NCBI RefSeq assembly: GCF_044704955.1
Contig: NC_091979.1
Span: 47,988,001-48,052,000, forward strand
Direction of reading: 5' to 3'
DNA from: Pristiophorus japonicus
Taxonomy: Eukaryota
DNA length: 64,000 nt
Shown here: positions 1 through 12,699 of the stretch, piece after piece
Layout: each line of letters opens with the position of its first letter
Numbering within the stretch: the stretch's first letter is position 1
Notes under the pieces: model-generated
The model's input: only the letters and a program-made list of their open reading frames with translations
The model's database searches: none
Told to the model about the DNA's origin: nothing
Translations under genes and position numbers: made by a program

Positions 1-97
1 GGTTAATTCTAGCATGAACAGCAGCTGATGGGAAGTTTGGAAGGATGTTACGACATGACCCACCCACAACTACATTAAAGTAGTCTTATATATATTG

Positions 98-650
98 TCA
101 TCATCATCATAGGCAGTCCCTCGAAGCGAGGATGACTTGCTCCATGCCAAAAAGGGATGAGTTCACAGATGTTTCAACGAAGGACCCAATATTCCAGATC
201 CTGAACTACATCTTGGAGGGTGGAAGATGCCTGTGCTTGGATTTTTTTAATGTGTGGTGGCTGTTGCACACCAGCCACCACACGGGCTTGACAGAGCTAG
301 GTCTTGGTCCAGTGGCAAGGATTACCGAAGACAACTGGAGACCAGCTCTGCTGCACGGACCGAGCGTGCACACATATAGCAGTGTGGGCTGGCCCGTGCT
401 GCCCCTGGGCCCTTGCCCCTTCTGGGCCCCAGACTCACGCCTCTCCTGGGCCCCGGTCACTTCTATTCTACAGACTCTTACGCTCCTTCTCCCCTCCTGC
501 TGTACCTGCCCGCACTGCAATCAGCGACCTGACTTCGCAGCCGTCGCCCTCCTGCAGTGGTATGCCGCCGCACGCTGCTCTCTCTGATGGCCCCGGCCTG
601 CTGATGGTCTTGCAGGCCGGAACCGCACCACCGCACGCTGCTCCCTCTAA
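98..650 (-). mobile_element. Short non-autonomous RTE derivative (RTE 5'UTR and ORF start fused directly to the RTE 3' tail)
   Basis: (ATG)n tail and the gagggactgcctatgatg end are shared with RTE copies. 200-345 aligns with the 5'UTR and first codons of the RTE at 56885-57060. Confidence 0.75.
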
Positions 651-1340
651 TGCAGCCTTTCAATCACAGTAAGTCCTCTTCAATTCATATAATGCACATC
701 AACAAATTAAGGCAGGGGCTACATTTAGTGTACGATGACCATGCTGTGGTTTGAATACAATTGCAAAATAAAACAAGATATTATTTTGCAACAATTTGTT
801 TGTGATTTTTTTGGGCGTATCTTAGCATTTGTGCTTCGATATCACCACAGAAGATCTATGAGCACAATAATCTCCTTCATACTGCTTCCAAAATATGTTC
901 ACATAGCAGCAAGCTGAAAAATCGGGGTAGTTTAACACCAAAACAAGTACTTATCAGTAATTACATAACAAATAATTACTAGCTGCGACTCAGTTCCAAG
1001 GGTCTCATTTAATGAAGAGGTTCTGCTGACATCACAAGCCACAAGATGGTATGATAATAGTCTTGAATTCCCTCCCTTGCATCCATCAGCTTAAATATCT
1101 CATGTTTTTTTGTTGAAAAGATTCTAATCGACTAATTGTGCATTTCTAGCACCTTCCCTCTATGCTTCACATTTCCAGGATTCAGCATTTCTTTCTTACA
1201 CGGTCTTAAAACTCGTGTTTCTTGCATTTGTTGGCAGATTCCCAGCATTTCAGTGCTGTTCGCTGTGATGCTCATTTTAGTACAGCAGTGTTGTGAGGGA
1301 GTCATTTGTCACAGGTTACTGGCTAATTCTGTATACAACG

Positions 1341-2067
1341 GGGCAGTGTTTCCACCAGGTTGTGCTAGTACCAGCACAATTCGCTCAAAATTGGCCAAAC
1401 CAGCGCAAAAACAAATTGAGGAATTTCAAGCGCACATTAGGTTCAACGCAAATTGAGTTTCCATGATCTTTTGTGCAGGTTTGAAAAAGGACATTGTGCT
1501 GGAAACCGGCTCCGCCCACAAAACTGGCCAAACCCCCGATTAAATTAATCACCATGGCGAGTTTCCGCTACTTCTGCACATTTGAAGGCCTGTGAGGAGG
1601 CTCTAAAAAGTAAGGTTTTTTTTTAGGCGCAGGGGCACTAACAGGCACCTTTTAAATATTAAAAATATTTAATTTACTGAGCAACTACTGTACCCCAAGG
1701 AAACTATTAAATGGTTCTGTATAGTTTTATTTAAAAGTCATTTTCAGTGATTTAAAAAAATCAGGTTACCCACAGGTGGTGGATTAGACAGTCTGATTAA
1801 AAATGCTGATAAACCCATTTTCAGCTGTATTAATCAAACTGCATCAGGTTACCACTCTTAAATATATCAAGGAATATTTTTGAATGCAAGAAAACAATGA
1901 ACAATTACGTTCTAAAGCACTGCACGATTGCGCTGGTTCATGGAAGATTTAATGTTCAGCAATATGCAAATGAGTTTGAGCAGAAACTTCAGCAAAAAAT
2001 TCTACTCGGAAAACGAGCACAATTTGCGCCCAGGTTGCTGGCTGCCCCTCAAGTGGAAACTCTACCC
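1341..2067. mobile_element. Harbinger-type MITE
   Basis: Imperfect TIR gggcagtgtttccac ... gtggaaactctaccc; AT-rich core; flanks acg/tcg. Confidence 0.65.
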
Positions 2068-2082
2068 TCGTGTACAAAGGAC

Positions 2083-3190
2083 CATAGAATCATAAAAATG
2101 TACACTATGGAAGGAGGCCATTTCAGACCATCGTGTCCATGCTGGCTGACAAAGAGCTATCCAGTCTAAGCTCACTTTCCAGCTCTTGGTCCGTAGCCAT
2201 GTAGGTTACAGCACTTTAAGTCCATATCTAAGTACTTTTTAAATGTGATAAGGGTTTCTGCCTCTATCACCCTTTCAGGCAGTGAGTTCCACACCCCCAC
2301 CACCCACTGGGTGAAAACATTTACCCTCAAATCCCCTCTAAACCCCTACCAATTACTTTAAATCTATGCCCCCTGGTTGTTGATCCCTCTGCTAAGGGAA
2401 ATAGGTTCTTCCTACCCACTCTATCGAGTGGATCGGAACATTTTATACAGCTCAATAAGGTCTCCACTCAGTCTCCTCTGTTCCAAAGAAAACAAACCCA
2501 GACTATCCAATCTTCCCTCATAGCTAAAATTCTTCAGTCCAAGCAACAATCCTTGTAGATCTCCTCTGTACTCTCTCTATTGCAATCGCATCTTTCCTGT
2601 AATGTGGTGCCCAGAACTGCATGCTGTACTCTAGCTGTGACCTAACTAGTATTTTATACAGTTCAAGCATAACCTCCCTGCTCTTGTATTCTATGCATCG
2701 GCTAATAAAGGCAAGTATTCTGTATGCCTTTTTAACCACCTTATCTACCTGTCCTGCTACCTTCAGGGATCTGTGGACATACACTCCAAAGTCCCTTTGT
2801 TCTCTACACTTTTCAGTGTCCTACCATTTAATGTATATTCCCTGCCTTGATATCCCTCCCCAAATGCATTACCTCACATTTCACTGGATTGAATGCAATT
2901 TGCCACTATTCTCCCCACCTGACTAGTTCATTCATATCTTCCTGCAGTCTACAGCTTTCTTCTTCATTAGCACAACTCATTTTTGTATCATCTGCAAACT
3001 TCTTAATCATACTCCCTACATGTATACCACAAAAAGCAAGGGACCTAGTACTGAGCCCTGCGGAACCCCACTGGAAACAGCCTTCCAGTCACAAAAACAC
3101 CCATCAACCATTACCCTTTGCTTCCTGCCTCTGAGCCAATTTTGGATCCAACTTGCCACTTTGCCTCGGATCCCATGGGCTTTTAACACA
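2083..3190 (-). mobile_element. CR1 LINE, 5'-truncated (RT C-terminus and 3'UTR)
   Basis: Minus ORF VVKKAYRILAFISRCIEYKSREVMLELYKILVRSQLEYSMQFW; catagaatcata tail. Confidence 0.9.
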
Positions 3191-3504
3191 ATCAATTCTC
3201 ATTCAATATATGTTGCAGCCACAAGACAAAGAGAATATGTGACATTGTTATATTGTTAATGTATACCACGAACAACCTTGAAGGTTTTATAAAGAACAGT
3301 TCATCAGTACAGAGAGCTTTGTGATATTTTCCCCCCATCAATTCTGAAAGAGCCGTAACTCAAGACATTGCAAGTAACATCTCAGTCTTACTTACAGGTG
3401 TCTTCCCAGTTCTATCTAGCCTTAAGCTGGTTAGATGTAACCTTGAACAGACATTTTTGTGCAGAATCTGTCCTCCAAATGAATTTTTTTTCTTTACCTT
3501 CCAT

Positions 3505-3805
3505 CAAGGTAAATAAATACAAGATAGTCACCAATAAATCAAATAGGGAATTCAGGAGGAACTTCTTTACCCAGAGAGTGGTTAGAATGTGGAACTTGCT
3601 ACCACAATGAGTAGTTGAGGCGAATAGTATAGATGCATTTAAGGGAAAGCTAGATAAACACATGAGGGAGAAAAGAATAGGTTATGCTGATAGGCTTAGA
3701 TGAAGAGGGGTGGGAGGAGGCTTGTGTGGAGCATAAACACACGTATGGACCAGTTGGGCCAAATAGTCTGTTTCTGTGCTGTATATTCTACGTAATTCTA
3801 TGTAA
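3505..3805 (+). mobile_element. CR1 LINE 3' fragment
   Basis: RRNFFTQRVVRMWN motif and attctatg tail. Confidence 0.85.
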
Positions 3806-3936
3806 CTTGTCTGTCCAGAGGCAAGCGCAGGGCAAGGAATTCATCTCATAGCCTGGGTCAAAAGTCACTAAACTCACTAACTTGTGAGAAGTTTCTTCAA
3901 ATGACATGCTGCTCTTGACATCAAGGCAACATTCTT

Positions 3937-4105
3937 CAACAACAACAACTTTTATTTATATAGCGCCTTTAATGTAATGAAATGTCCCAAGGTGCTTCAC
4001 AGCAGTGTTATAAGACAAAACAGATAAATTTGACACTGAGCCATATAAGAAGGAATGACGGCAGATGATCAAAAGAGGTTGTTTTTAAGGAGCATCTTAA
4101 AGGAC
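3937..4105 (-). mobile_element. L2-type 3' tail fragment
   Basis: (caa)n ... atttatatagcgcc tail, shared with 16145-16300 and (inverted) 22600-22680. Confidence 0.65.
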
Positions 4106-5236
4106 ACGAAGGAACTCTAGCAAATTTGAGCTCAATGGTGATAATGAGGAATACCCTTCGGTGGTTAGGATCACACTGCCCATTACTCTAGGGTCATCCT
4201 GGAGACCCAAGTTTATCCAGATTTCGTTTTTCCACTACCACCTTAAAGCTCTCTCCATGCCCCTCCACCCTCACCTCCAACAGTAAGTGCGAGGAGCTCA
4301 TGGACTTTTTTGTGACTAAGATTAAGACTGGCTGTTCAGCAGCTTCCCTCACTTTCCCCTTGCTCCCTCCTTCCCTAGCCTAATCCCGGGTTTCTCTCCC
4401 ATCTCCCCTCATGCCCTCACCAAGTTCAATGTCAGATGGCATGGAAGCTGGAAGAGAAATTTGGTGGTTAGGATTTTAATGGGAATGGGTCTGAAGGAGC
4501 AGGGGGTGAGTCGAATTGACAAGTGGAGCTCACAGAGAGCATGGAAGGGTTGAGAGAAAACTGAAATTATTGGGGTTCAGGGCTAGGGTGGAGGTTTGAC
4601 TGTTAGCAAGGAAAAGGGGGAAAAAAGCAAAGACAGATGAATGCACCATCTCTATCTCAGTGAGAAAGAAAGAAGTCAATGAGTCCCTCGCACACATTAT
4701 TTGAACTACAGGGGAGTCAAGGGTTATGGAAAACAGGCAAGAAAGTGGAGTTGAGGCCAAGATCAGATCCGCCATGATCTTACTGAATGGTGGAGCAGGC
4801 TCAAAGGGCTGTACGGCTTTCTCCTGCTCTTATTTCTTATGTTCTTATGTTGCTTACAAGACACCTCCTATTCCTTGAACCCATTCCCACTAAACTGCTG
4901 ACCACCCAACTTCCCTTCTTGGCCCCCATGCTAACAGACATCGTAAACAATGCCCTCTGCTCAGGTGCTAATCCCGTCCCTTTCAAATCCACAGACATCA
5001 CCCCTTTCCTCAAAAGGCCCACACTCAATCTATCCACCTTTGTAAACTACTGCCCATTTCAAAACTCCCTTTCCTCTCCAAAATCCTTGAACATGTTGTC
5101 ATGGCCAAAATCTGTGCCCATCTTTCTAGCAACTCCATGTTTCAACCTTTCCGATCAGCTTTCCGCCCATGCCACTGCACAAAAATAGCCCCAATCAAGA
5201 TCACAAATGTCATCCGGTATACCTATGGCCATGGTG

Positions 5237-6895
5237 TGTTAGCAAATGGCATGTTAGCCTTTATTACAAAGGGACTGGAGTACAAGAGTAAAGCAGTCTT
5301 ACTACAATTAGAAAGGGCCTTGGAGAGACCAGACCTGGAACACTGTGTACAGTTTTGGTCTCCTTACTTGAGGAAGTATATGCTTGCCTTGGAGGGAGTT
5401 CAACGAAGGTTCACTAGACTGATTCCTGCGATGAGGGGATTGTCCCATAGAGGAGAGATTGAGTAGACTAGCCTGTATTCCTTAGAGTTTAGAAGAATGA
5501 GAGGTGATCTCATAAAACATATAAAATTCTTACAGGGCTTGACAAGATATATGCTGGGAGGAGGTTTCCCCTGGCTGGGGAGTCTAGAACTAGGATTCGC
5601 AGTCTCAGAATAAGGGAACAGCTTTTTAGGACTGAGATAAGGAGAAATTTGTGCTGGGACCCCAACTATTTACAATCTATATTAACGACTTGGACGAAGG
5701 GACCAAGTGTAATATAGGCAAGTTTGCTGACGATACAAAGATGGGAGGAAAAGCAATGTGACAGGAGGACACAAAAAACCTGCAAAAGGACATAGACAGG
5801 CTAAGTGAGTGAGTGGGCAAAAATTTAGCAGATGGAGTATAATGTTGGAAAATGTGAGGTTATGTATTTTGGCAGAAAAAAAAAATCAAAGAGCAAATTA
5901 TTATTTAAATGGCGAAAAATTGCAAAGTGCTGAAGTACAGCGGGACCTGGGGGTACTTGTGCATGAAACACAAAAGAATAATATGCAGGTACAGCAAGTG
6001 ATCAGGAAGGCCATTGGAATCTTGGCCTTTATTGCAAAGGGGATGAAGTATAAAAGCAGGGAAGTCTTGCTACAGATTTACAGGGTATTGGTGAGGTCAC
6101 AGCTGGAATACTGCGTGCAGTTTTGGTTTCCATAATCAAGAAAGGATATACTTGCTTTGGAGGCAGTTCAGAGAAGGTTCACTAGGTTGCTTCCAGAGAT
6201 GAGGGGGTTGACAGATTAGGAAAGGTTGAGTAGGTTGGAATTCTACTCATTGGAATTCAGAAGAATGAGAGGTGATCTTATCGAAACGTTTAAGATTATG
6301 AGGGGGCTTGACAAGGTGGATGCAGAGAGGATGTTTCCACTGATAGGGGGGACTACAACTGGAGCCATAATCTTAGAATAAGGGGCCACCCATTTAGAAC
6401 TGAGATGAGGAGGAATTTTTTCTCTCAGAGGGTTGTAAATCTGTGAAATTCGCTGCCTCAGAGAGCTGTGGAAGCTGGGACGTTGAATAAATTTAAGACA
6501 GACAGAGATAGACAGTTTCTTAACCGATAAGGGAATAAGGGGTTATGGGGAGCGGGCAGGGAAGTGGAGCTGAGTCCATGATCAGATCAGCCATGATCGT
6601 ATTAAAAGGTGGAGCCGGCTCGAGGTGCCGTATGGCCTACTCCTGCTCCTATTTCTTATGTTCTTCACTCAAAGGGTTGTGAATCTTTAAATTTCTCTAC
6701 CCCACAGAGCTGTGGATGCTCAGTTATTGAATTTATTCAAGAGAGAGATCGATAGATTTTTGGATTCTAAGGGAATCAAGAAATATGGGGATAGTGTGGG
6801 AAGGTGGAGTTGCCATGATCTTATTAAATGGCGGAGCGGCTCGAATGGTTGAATGGCCTACTCCTGCTCCTATTTCATATGTTTTTATATTCTTA
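5237..6895 (+). mobile_element. CR1 3' fragment (outer) split by a second CR1
   Basis: ANGMLAFITKGLEYKSK...; ggagaaattt|cttcactc is continuous across 5650/6665. Confidence 0.85.
5650..6665 (+). mobile_element. CR1 3' fragment (inner, nested)
   Basis: [14 protein letters not shown]...KFADDTK through the tail ttcttatgttctt. Confidence 0.9.
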
Positions 6896-7782
6896 TGGTG
6901 CTTTCCCTCCTCATACTCCTCAATCTCTCCATAGCCTTTGGCACACTATTCACCTTCAATGCATCTCCTCCATTGTCCATTACGGTAGGATTTCTCTTGT
7001 TCAGTTACATTCTTACATGGTATGACCAGAGTATATCCAGCAATGGTTTTGGTTCCTGCCCCACACCACTACCTCCGGAGTCCCCCAAGAATCTAACCAT
7101 GGGCCCCTCCTCTTCCTCATTTACATGCTGCCCCTTGGTGGCATCATCTGCATGGGATCAGTTTCCACATGCATGTTGACAACACCCAGCTCTCTCTTTC
7201 TCTACGCCACCTTTACTACCTCTGTAATGCCAGACAGCTTATTCAACATCCAGACCTGAGCAGCTTTTTCCTCCAGCTTAAACTGGGGAAACTAAAACCA
7301 TCAATTTCAATCCACTCCCATTGTCTCAGACTGATTCCATACCCCAGGACCAACAGTTCAAATTTAACATTCTCATCTGATCTCAGTACACCAATGGCTC
7401 ATATTTTAATTTCTCATCCTCTTGTTTAATTCCCTTTGAGGACCTCTCCCTATCTCTGTAACCTCCTACAGTCTACAAATTCCTTCCTCGAACACTCTGT
7501 TCCTCTGACTCTGGCAGCACCATTGGCAGCCGTGACTTCAGCCATCTAGGCCCCACACTCTGGAATTTCTTCCATAAACCCCCCTGGTTCTTTACGCCGT
7601 CTCCTCCTTTAACAGCCTCCTTCCAACCTACCTCTTTGACCAAGCTTTTTGGTTAACCTGCCAATATCTTTCCTGGTTTGGTATCTAGTTTTGTCTGATT
7701 AGGTCTCTGTGAAGAAGGCATTTTCTACATTAAAGTTGTTATATAAATACATTGTTATTGCTGCTGTTGTTAACACACAAGA

Positions 7783-9118
7783 AAAGAAAGACTTGCATTT
7801 ATATATCGTCTTTTACAATCACCGGACGTCTCAAAGCGCTTTAAAGCCAATGCAGTAATTTTGGACTGTAGTCACTGTTGTAATGTGGGAAATGCGGCAG
7901 CCAATTTGCGCACAGCCAGCTCCCACAAACAGAAATGCGAAAATGACCAGATAATCTGTTTTTGTTATGTTGATTGAGGAATAAATATTGGCCAGGATAA
8001 CGGGGATAGCTGCCCTGCTCTCCTTCGAAATAGTGCCATGGGATATTTTACATTCACCTGAGATCATCATCATAGGCAGTCCCTCGGAATCAAGGAAGAC
8101 TTGCTTCCACTCTTAAAATGAGTCCTTAGGTGGCTGAACAGTCCAATACGAGAACCAGTCCCTGTCACAGGTGGGACAGATAGTCGTTGAGGGAAAGGTT
8201 TGTCGCACGCACTTTCTGCTGCCTGCGCTTGATTTCTGCATGCTTTCGGCGATTAGACTCGAGGTGCTCAGCGCGCTCCCGGATGCACTTCCTCCACTTA
8301 GGGCGGTCTTTGGCCAGGGACTCCCAGGTGTCAGTGGGGATGTTGCACTTTTTCAGGGAAGCTTTGAGGGTGTCCTTGTAGCGTTTCCGCTGCCCACCTT
8401 TGGCTCATTTGCCGTGAAGGAATTTCGAGTAGAGTGCTTGCTTTGGGAGTCTTGTGCCTGGCATGCGAACTATGTGGCCTGCCCAGTGGATCTGATCAAG
8501 TGTGGTCAGTGCTTCAATGCTGGGGATGTTGGCCTAGTCGAGGACGCTAACGTTGGTGCATTGGTCCTCCCAGGTGATTTGTAGGATCTTGCAGAGGGAT
8601 CATTGGTTGAATTTCTCCAGCGACTTAAGGGGTCTACAGTACATGATCCATGTCTCTGAGCCATACAGGAGGGCCTCACAGTCAACAAGCTCCCCGCTGG
8701 AGTGGAAGGAACTAAACTACAGAACCAGTGGGAACCTGTTCAACCTTCGCTGTGTCCAGGCCAGGTCTAAGACCACCCCAACCTCTCATCAAGCTACAGT
8801 ATGTGGACAACGTCTGCGTCTACAGAGGCTGAACTCCAGGACATAGTCGACATATTTACTGAGGCGTACGAAAGCAGGGATCTTACGTTAAACATCTGTA
8901 AGACAAAGGTCCACCACCAGCCTGTCCTCAACGCACAACACTGCCCCCCTTGGTTTAACGTCACATCCTAAAGACGGTACCTCCGACAGTGCAACACTCC
9001 CTCAGCACTGCACTGGAGCATCAACATAGATTTATGTGCTCAAGTCTCTGGAGTAGGATTTCAACCCACAACCTTCTGACTCAGGTAAGTGTGCCACCCA
9101 CTGAGCCACAGCTGACAC
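7783..9118 (-). mobile_element. tRNA-headed Deu-type SINE split by an RTE insertion
   Basis: Collinear with intact copy 15350-15787; head gtcagctgtggctcagtgggt; interrupted at 8063-8950. Confidence 0.75.
8063..8950 (-). mobile_element. RTE LINE 3' fragment with 5' inversion
   Basis: Minus-strand tail and RT end at 8063-8674; upstream RT segment in plus orientation at 8675-8950. Confidence 0.85.
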
Positions 9119-10113
9119 TACAAGAAAGAACACAAGGAAGAAAAATGAAAGACAGACAGCAGGCAGAAAGACAGAAAAGAAATACTTATACATATATGTC
9201 TCATCCAAAAGAGATGAAAATGTGCATGGTTTGGTTGCTGGAGACCAATCTTTGCAGCCCCAGGGTGTTGTTGCAGGAGCTCTTCAGGCCCAGCATTGTT
9301 TGCTGCTTCATCTAGCATAAGGTCAGGAGTGGGGCTGTTCACTGACAATCCTAATTCTGCTGTGTTCAGCTCCATTCACAACTCCTCCGATAATGGAAGC
9401 AGCCTATAGCAGCTGCCCCATTTTAGGATGTGTTGACAATTTTTCCACAGTAAGGAGATGGGAGAAAAAAAGTTGCATTTTAAACAAAAGTGTATTTGCC
9501 CAAGTTTTTAAAAAAGCACCGAGATAGAGATGAAAGATGTTTAAAATGCAAATGAGCTAGACTTTGAAGTTGTTTCCCCACAGACTATGAACAATAAGCA
9601 ATTCATTCGTCTGTCTTGGTAATTGATAAACACTTCACACCCATTGTGGTGAGAGCTCCCTGGTCTCAGGCGTTTGGTAGGAGTTGTCTGGTGTCCGCCC
9701 TCCTCTCGGGTTGTGGACACAGGGAAATAAAAACAGAGAGAGATGCAGTCAGTCACTCAGATTTCGAAGCAGAAAGCTGCAAGGACAAGTTTTAGCCAGA
9801 CTCAAGGATACAGGATACTAATTATTGGTTATGTTGTTCAAATCATGCAAGGTGACTCACTGAGGTCATAAAATGGAGCATGTTCATTACTTTATATTAC
9901 ATGGAGAAAAGTGGTTCTGATTAAATTAAGTAAATTCGATAATAAACACAGAGAAACAATTACTTGTTGTGTAACAAAGCAGCGGAATGATTCATATCAG
10001 ACAGTGTCTTCCAAAAGATTGGAGGCACATGTGTGAAAAACATGAATATCCAATTCAGATCACAAGGGGGTACAGTTGTTGTATGCTTGGATTATGCTAT
10101 TGCATAGATAAAT

Positions 10114-10260
10114 ATCATCATCATCATAGGCAGTCCCTCAGAATTGAGAAAGACTTGCTTCCACTCCTAAAGTGAGTTCTTTGGTGGTTGAACAGTCCAA
10201 TACGAGAGTCACAGACTGTGTCACAGGTGGGACAGATAGTCGTTGAGGGAAGGGGTGGAG
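10114..10260 (-). mobile_element. RTE 3' end fragment
   Basis: (cat)n-aggcagtccct tail and CPTCD zinc-knuckle remnant. Confidence 0.8.
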
Positions 10261-10293
10261 CAGCATAGGCATATCCGACACACAAGACACTTA

Positions 10294-10782
10294 GGGGCCG
10301 AAATTGCCCCCCGACTTAAAAGTGGCGCACCTGTTTTTTTTCTTTTTACTCTGTGGTGGCTGTGGGGCGGAAGAGGCACATCGCGCTGACGCTACCAAGA
10401 GGAGGTACCGGGGCTGCCTGTTGGTGGCCGGGCCGAATCCATGGGCGCCACTGGCGGGCCAACCTTGGAGTCCGCCGACAATGAAAATAAAATGCCGGTT
10501 GCGGCAGAGTGCCCTCCCCTTTAAGGACGGACACGTCGCCCAGGCACCTTCCCACAGGGGAAAGCTGTCGGGGGCACAGAGTGGCGGCTGCACCGCTCCC
10601 GGGACATGCCCGATGGAGCAGCTACATGGTTGGTGCGGTGACAATCACCGCAGGCAAAAACATGGAGGGCAATTTCATCAATGTCGGTGACTCCACGCTG
10701 ACTAGGTGGTGAGTCCTTACCAACCCTTGGCCATCTCTTTCAAGCAGTCACAGCTCTTATAGAAAGGGGCAATTTCAGTCCC
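10294..10782. mobile_element. Harbinger-type MITE
   Basis: TIR ggggccgaaattgcccc ... ggggcaatttcagtccc; flanks tta/tca. Confidence 0.75.
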
Positions 10783-10784
10783 TC

Positions 10785-12500
10785 AGACTGGAGCGACTAG
10801 CACAGATGTACTCAAGAGAATAGTTAAGCCAAGGACCGTAAATTTGTAACGCCAGGACTTGGATAACATTCAGGCTTGGGTTGACAAGTGGGAGCCAACA
10901 TTTACGCCACATAAATGCTAAACAACGACCGTCTCCAACAAGGGAAAGCCGAACCACCTCCCACAATGACAACATCATTGCTGAGCTCTCTACCATCTTG
11001 GGGATCACCACAGCCCAAAAGCTTAACTGGACCAACCATATCAACACCATGGCTACAAAAATTACAAAGTGCTGTAATACAGAGGGACCTGGGGGTCCTT
11101 GTGCATGAAACACAAAATGTTAGTATGCAGGTTCAGCAAGTAATCAGGAAGGCACATGGAATGTTGGCCTTTATTGCAAGGGGGTTAGAGTATAAAAGCA
11201 GAGCAGTCCTGCTACAAATGTACAGGGTATTAGTGAGGCTAGACCTGGAATATTGTGTACAGTTTTGGCCTCCGTATTTAAGGAAGGATCACCATCATCG
11301 TCATCATCATAGGCCGTCCCTCGGAATTGAGGAAGATTTGTTTCCACTCTCAACAGGAGTTCTTAGGTGGCTGAACAGTCCAATACGAGAACCACAGTCT
11401 CGGTCACAGGGGGGACCGATAGTCATTGAGGGAAGGGGTGGGTGGGATTGGTTTGCCGCACGCTCTTTCCGCTGTCTGCGCTTGATTTCTGTTTGCTCTC
11501 AGCGCAGAGACTCAAGAAGCATATACTTGCATTGGAGGCTGTTCAGAGAAGGTTCACTGGGTTGATTCCAGAGATGAGGGGGTTGACTTATGAAAATAGG
11601 TTGAGTAGGTTGGGCCTCTACTCATTGGAGTTCAGAAGAATGAGAGGTGATCTTATCGAAACTTATAAGATAATGAGGGGGGCTCGACAAGGTGGATGCA
11701 GAGAGGATATTTCCATTCAAAGGGGAAACTAAAACTAGGGGACATAACCTTAGAATAAGGGGTTGCCCATTTAAAATTGAGAAATTTGTTCTCTCAGATG
11801 GTTGTAAATCTATGAAATTCTCTGCCCCAGAGAGCTGTGAAGGCTGGGTCATTGAATATGTTTAAGGCGGAGATAGACAGAATTTTGAGCGATAAGGGAA
11901 TAAAGGGTTATGGGGAGCCGCTAGAGAAATGGAGCTGAGTCCATGATCAGATCAGCCATGATCTTACTGAATGGCAGAGCAGGCTCGAGGGGCCAAATGG
12001 CCTACTCCTGCTCCTATTTCTTATGTTCTTACAAGAGCAGGGCAGAGCTTGGGTACTCTGCAATGAGTGGCTCACCTCCTGAGCCCTCAGAGCATTTCCA
12101 CCATCTACAAGTCTCAAGTCAAGAGAGTGTGATGGAATAGTCACCACTCTCCTGCCAGTGGATTCAATATCCTTCTTCTTAACCACTAGAGCATTGTGGC
12201 CACAGTATGCACTATCTACAGGATGTACTGCAGCAACTCACCCAGATTGCTTTGACAGAGCACTTCCTAGCCTCTACTACCAAAAAGGACAAGAGCAACA
12301 ATATCATAGGAGCACCATCATCACAAGTCCCACAGCATCGTGACTTGGACAAATATCAATGTTTCTTCCTCAATGCAGGGAAAAATCCTGAGATTTCCCA
12401 CCTAATACCATCGCCACAAGGACAACAGTGCTTCAGAAAGGCCCATTGTTGCCTACTCACATCGGCAACTCAGGATGAAAAATAAATTCAGCCTTGAAGT
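10785..12500 (+). mobile_element. Old CR1/L2-group LINE fragment hosting a CR1 (11060-12030) that itself hosts an RTE fragment (11289-11515, minus)
   Basis: ILGITTAQKLNWTNHINTMATK continues after 12030 (agagcagggcagagc...). CR1 RT motifs lie in between; RTE (cat)n tail at 11289. Confidence 0.75.
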
Positions 12501-12699
12501 TTTGGCCTCATCCAATAAACAAATTGGCAGGAGTGCCAATTACCTGAACTGCTTTGTCTGGATGGTGTTGAACTACTTGACAGTTGTTGCTACTACATTC
12601 ATCCAGGTGAGTGGTGACTAGTCAGCACTGAAATGTTTAAAACAAAAATGCATAGAACAAAGAAATGCCACGAAGCTCATCAAGTCCATCCCTCTCTTT

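Larger units (their letters stand above)
4200..7772 (+). mobile_element. Degenerate L2 LINE interrupted by CR1 insertions
   Basis: Fragments PIPTKLL...LAPMLTDIVN...TPFLKRPTL and FQPFRSAFRPCHCT; L2 tail at ~7720-7770. Confidence 0.7.

Noticed and set aside
9118-9756. Short minus-strand ORFs in unique sequence
   Set aside because: No recognisable homology or convincing splice-site pair.
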